64,000 nucleotides of DNA, taken from NCBI RefSeq assembly GCF_963921235.1, contig NC_086097.1:132124001-132188000 (forward strand), in the 5' to 3' direction. The position numbers were made by a program, and so were the translations under genes. The stretch is from Mobula hypostoma (Eukaryota). Shown piece by piece: positions 61,380 to 64,000 of this stretch. The notes beneath the pieces are model-generated. The model had not been told where the DNA came from and searched no databases. It was given only the letters and a program-made list of their open reading frames with translations. Numbering within the stretch: position 1 is the first letter of the stretch; every line of letters begins with the position of its first letter.

Positions 61380-63531
61380 CAGGGGTGTCAAACTCATTTA
61401 AAGTCATAGGCCGGATTGGGCAAAATGTGAGTTCATGCGGGCCGGATCAGATGTGCGCGCGTGCTCCCACAGCTTTAGTTGCCTTCGTTTTTTCAACCTG
61501 CTCTCATGTGTCTCAGTCTCTGCTATAACTACAAGGTGTTTTACTTTATGAATTTTGTTTCTTATGAAGAAGATTGCCTAGCAAGCATTATTTTTATGAT
61601 TGGTATTAACTTCCAGTCATAGGCTACAAGGAAGTTGTGATGAGAGAAAGAAAAAACTATGCTAGTTTGGCTAAGATTGTTTTGGGAGCCACACACACCC
61701 TTTCCATTAATAAGTCATTTGAAATCGAACATTAACAGACACAAATGTAGATGGCAAACAGCGAGGAAAATGGTGAGAATTCCTTCTCAAGCTGAGTGAA
61801 GCCTCGGAAATGATTCAGCAACTCACTTTTCAGCCGTGATATTTTGTCCTTGTACCTGTCCATGTTGTCATTATTCTCATGAGCGACACACACATACTGC
61901 AAAGAGGGGAAATGAGCTGGGTTGCTCTGGGATAGTTGCATCTCCCACAGGCCTAATTTAATTTGAAAGGCACAAATGCTGTTGTAGTATTGTGTAACAA
62001 GTTTGTTGCGGCCTTGCATGTTAACATTAAGCACATTTAAGTGCTGTGTTATATCCGCCAGAAATGCAAGATCATGAGGCCAGTCTGTATCAACCAGCTC
62101 TGCCACTGGCTTCCCTTTCTCGTTCATGAATAGTCCGATTTCCGCATGTAATTGAAAAAAAAACGTTTGAGCACAACCCCTCTGCTCAACCAGCGGACTT
62201 CAGTGTGATAGGGTAGGCCGTGTTCAATATTACTTTCAGAAAAAAGGGTGTCAAATTGCCGATGGTTGAGTCCCTTGGTTCTAATAAAGTTAACCGTTTT
62301 GATTACTACATCCATGACATTGTTCATTGTCAGGCTCCTGCTACATAGCGCCTCTTGGTGTATAATACAATGAAAATTCCAGAATTCCTGCTCTGGATTC
62401 CCTTGTCTGAACTTTCTCTCTGAGTTTCGCAACAACACCTGCCTTTTCCCCGACCATGGACGGTGCGCCATCTGTTGCCACGCTGACAGCGTGACTCCAG
62501 TCAACCCCCAGTCTGTCCAAGGCCTCGATGAGGCTGGAGAAAACGTCGTTCGCTGTGGTGGTGTTTGTCATGGGCACCATCTCCACAAACTCCTCGGTGA
62601 CGGTCAAAGATGCATCAACGCCATGAATAAATATTCCCAAATGAGCTACATCAGTCATGTCGGTGCTCTCATCAATTGCAATAGAGAAGGCATTAAATGA
62701 CTTTTCCTTGTCTTTTAGTTGACTGTTCAAATCTCCTGCAAGATCCCCGATTCTCTCTGCCGCAGTATTTCTTGACAAGCTGATATTACCAAAAGCCTGT
62801 CTCTTCTCAGGGCACACCAGCTCAGCCACCATCAGCATGCATGCTTTGATGAATTCCCCCTCTGAGTATGGCTTCGACGCAGCAGCTATTTTGTTGGCAA
62901 TAGTATAGCTGGCCTTGACAGCTCCATCATGAGTCTCTCGACTTTTGGTGAAAACTGATGGCTGTTTTTTCAGAGCTGCTTCAAGCTCGTTTACCTTTTG
63001 CGTTCTGAATCGTCCTGCATACTTGTCATATTTTTCTCTGTGTGACATCTCATAGTGTTGTTTGATATTGTACTCTTTTGCCACAGCCACATGTTGCGAG
63101 CATATCAGACATACAGGTTTGCCGTTGACCTCACAGAAGAGAAAACGATCTTTCCAATTATCGTTGAATATCCGACCTTTGATGTCAACTTTTCTATTCG
63201 TGGAAAACATTTTGAACCACAGCAGCAAACAGACTCAGCCTTGCTACAGGTGTTACTTACCTGAGTACTCTGTGTGTTTATACTGTGTCTGATGACGTAA
63301 GTGGGGCCCTAGTGGTCTTCAGTGCGGGGTGGTAGGTGCTTATGCACAGCGGGTGGTGAACTGCACCCTATTGTTTTCTAAGTACACACAACAAGCTGCC
63401 GGCACAGCAGGCAGCACACACAGCAGAGGGAGGGAGAGAGTGCAGCTGCCGTACAGATACATAATAAATGGTCGTGAATATACTTTTTTTTTCCCAAATC
63501 ATCCGCGCGGGCCAATAGTTTGACACCCCTG
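61380..63531 (-). mobile_element. hAT transposon (Buster group, SPIN/GTF2IRD2-like), 2152 bp, defective
   Basis: Perfect 15-bp TIRs CAGGGGTGTCAAACT and AGTTTGACACCCCTG. Perfect 8-bp TSD GTTTAAAG at 61372-61379 and 63532-63539. Confidence 0.96.
61750..63210 (-). pseudogene. Frameshifted, C-terminally deleted hAT transposase
   Basis: Zinc finger PVCLIC..NIKQHYEMSH; catalytic FSIAIDESTD and VATDGAPSM; HCIIH (CxxH); VRWLSRG; DLAFLADIT. Frameshifts at about 62405 and at the A-run near 62160. No YLCE/dimerisation region seen. Confidence 0.92.
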
Positions 63532-64000
63532 GTTTAAAGCCACACTTAACCATTCTACTGACTGCTATTTTCCCTACCAACTGCCCGTCCTTCCTTACAG
63601 TCTCATTACACATTGCATCTCCTTCTGTACCAACTGTTCCATCCTCAGCCCTATCACTCTGGTTCCTATCCCCCCGCCAAATTAGTTTAAACCCTCTCCA
63701 ACAGCTCTATCAAATCTGCCTGCAAGGATATTGGTCCTCCTTGAGTTTAAGGTGGGCCGAAGGGCTTGTTTCTATGCTGTATTAATCTATGACTCTACAG
63801 CATAGGATAGAACTCAAGCATAAACTAATAGAGTTATATGAGTCTACAGTATGTCGACCTTTTTAACTTTCAGAAAATACATTTTACTTGTTTTGGAACT
63901 TATCCTACTAAGCAATGTCAATCAATTTTCTATTACAATATATCTCAAACCTATTGATTGAATCTGATTGCACAACTTCTTTCAGTAGTAGGTTCCAGCT

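Larger units (their letters stand above)
60780..63750 (-). mobile_element. CR1 LINE fragment (ORF1 end and endonuclease), split by the hAT insertion
   Basis: YDVVDITELWL..LWVELRN..IVMGDF at 60780-61180. Continues at 63540-63750, similar to 7760-7950. Confidence 0.85.

Noticed and set aside
62341..63228. Domesticated GTF2IRD2/EPM2AIP1/ZBED-like host gene
   Set aside because: Flanked by perfect TIRs and a TSD, frameshifted, and nested in a CR1, so it is a transposon copy.
63305..63318. CTCF-like CCACTAGGGCCC on the minus strand
   Set aside because: Mismatches at the conserved GG positions, and it lies inside the hAT subterminal region.
83..63613. Long ORFs in the six-frame track as host genes
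   Set aside because: Recognisable ORFs are LINE, hAT, Tc1 or Penelope fragments, or their antisense shadows (for example 1451-2029, 23493-23891, 40999-41586). None resembles a cellular protein I can recognise.

Overview
Eukaryotic, repeat-dominated non-coding DNA. The mix of CR1 and Rex1/Babar LINEs, V-SINEs, Deu-SINEs and Penelope terminal repeats suggests a cartilaginous fish, probably a ray; this is inferred from repeat types only. I found no host protein-coding gene, rRNA, tRNA or CRISPR array, and every long ORF I could recognise is a transposon fragment. Best-supported elements: two hAT/Buster transposons with intact TIRs and 8-bp TSDs (86-1063, 61380-63531); a 512-bp TIR element with a 6-bp TSD (13735-14246); two Gypsy-type solo LTRs with 4-bp TSDs (29961-30596, 54503-55082); Tc1 MITEs; the 3' end of a Sleeping Beauty-like Tc1 element (32905-33457); several nested CR1 and Rex LINEs; and Penelope fragments with decayed hammerhead cores. 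Most interesting signals: (1) a decayed hammerhead ribozyme with its strands in non-circularly permuted order, at the 3' end of a HERO-like retroelement (13538-13604, minus strand); (2) the Sleeping Beauty-like fragment, a horizontal-transfer candidate; (3) a 59-bp locally templated inverted copy at the 5' junction of a CR1 insertion; (4) three-TIR architectures in two unrelated DNA-transposon families; (5) a few repeat-free islands with enhancer-like motif clusters. Family names come from recalled consensus motifs, not database searches. LINE and SINE boundaries are approximate.
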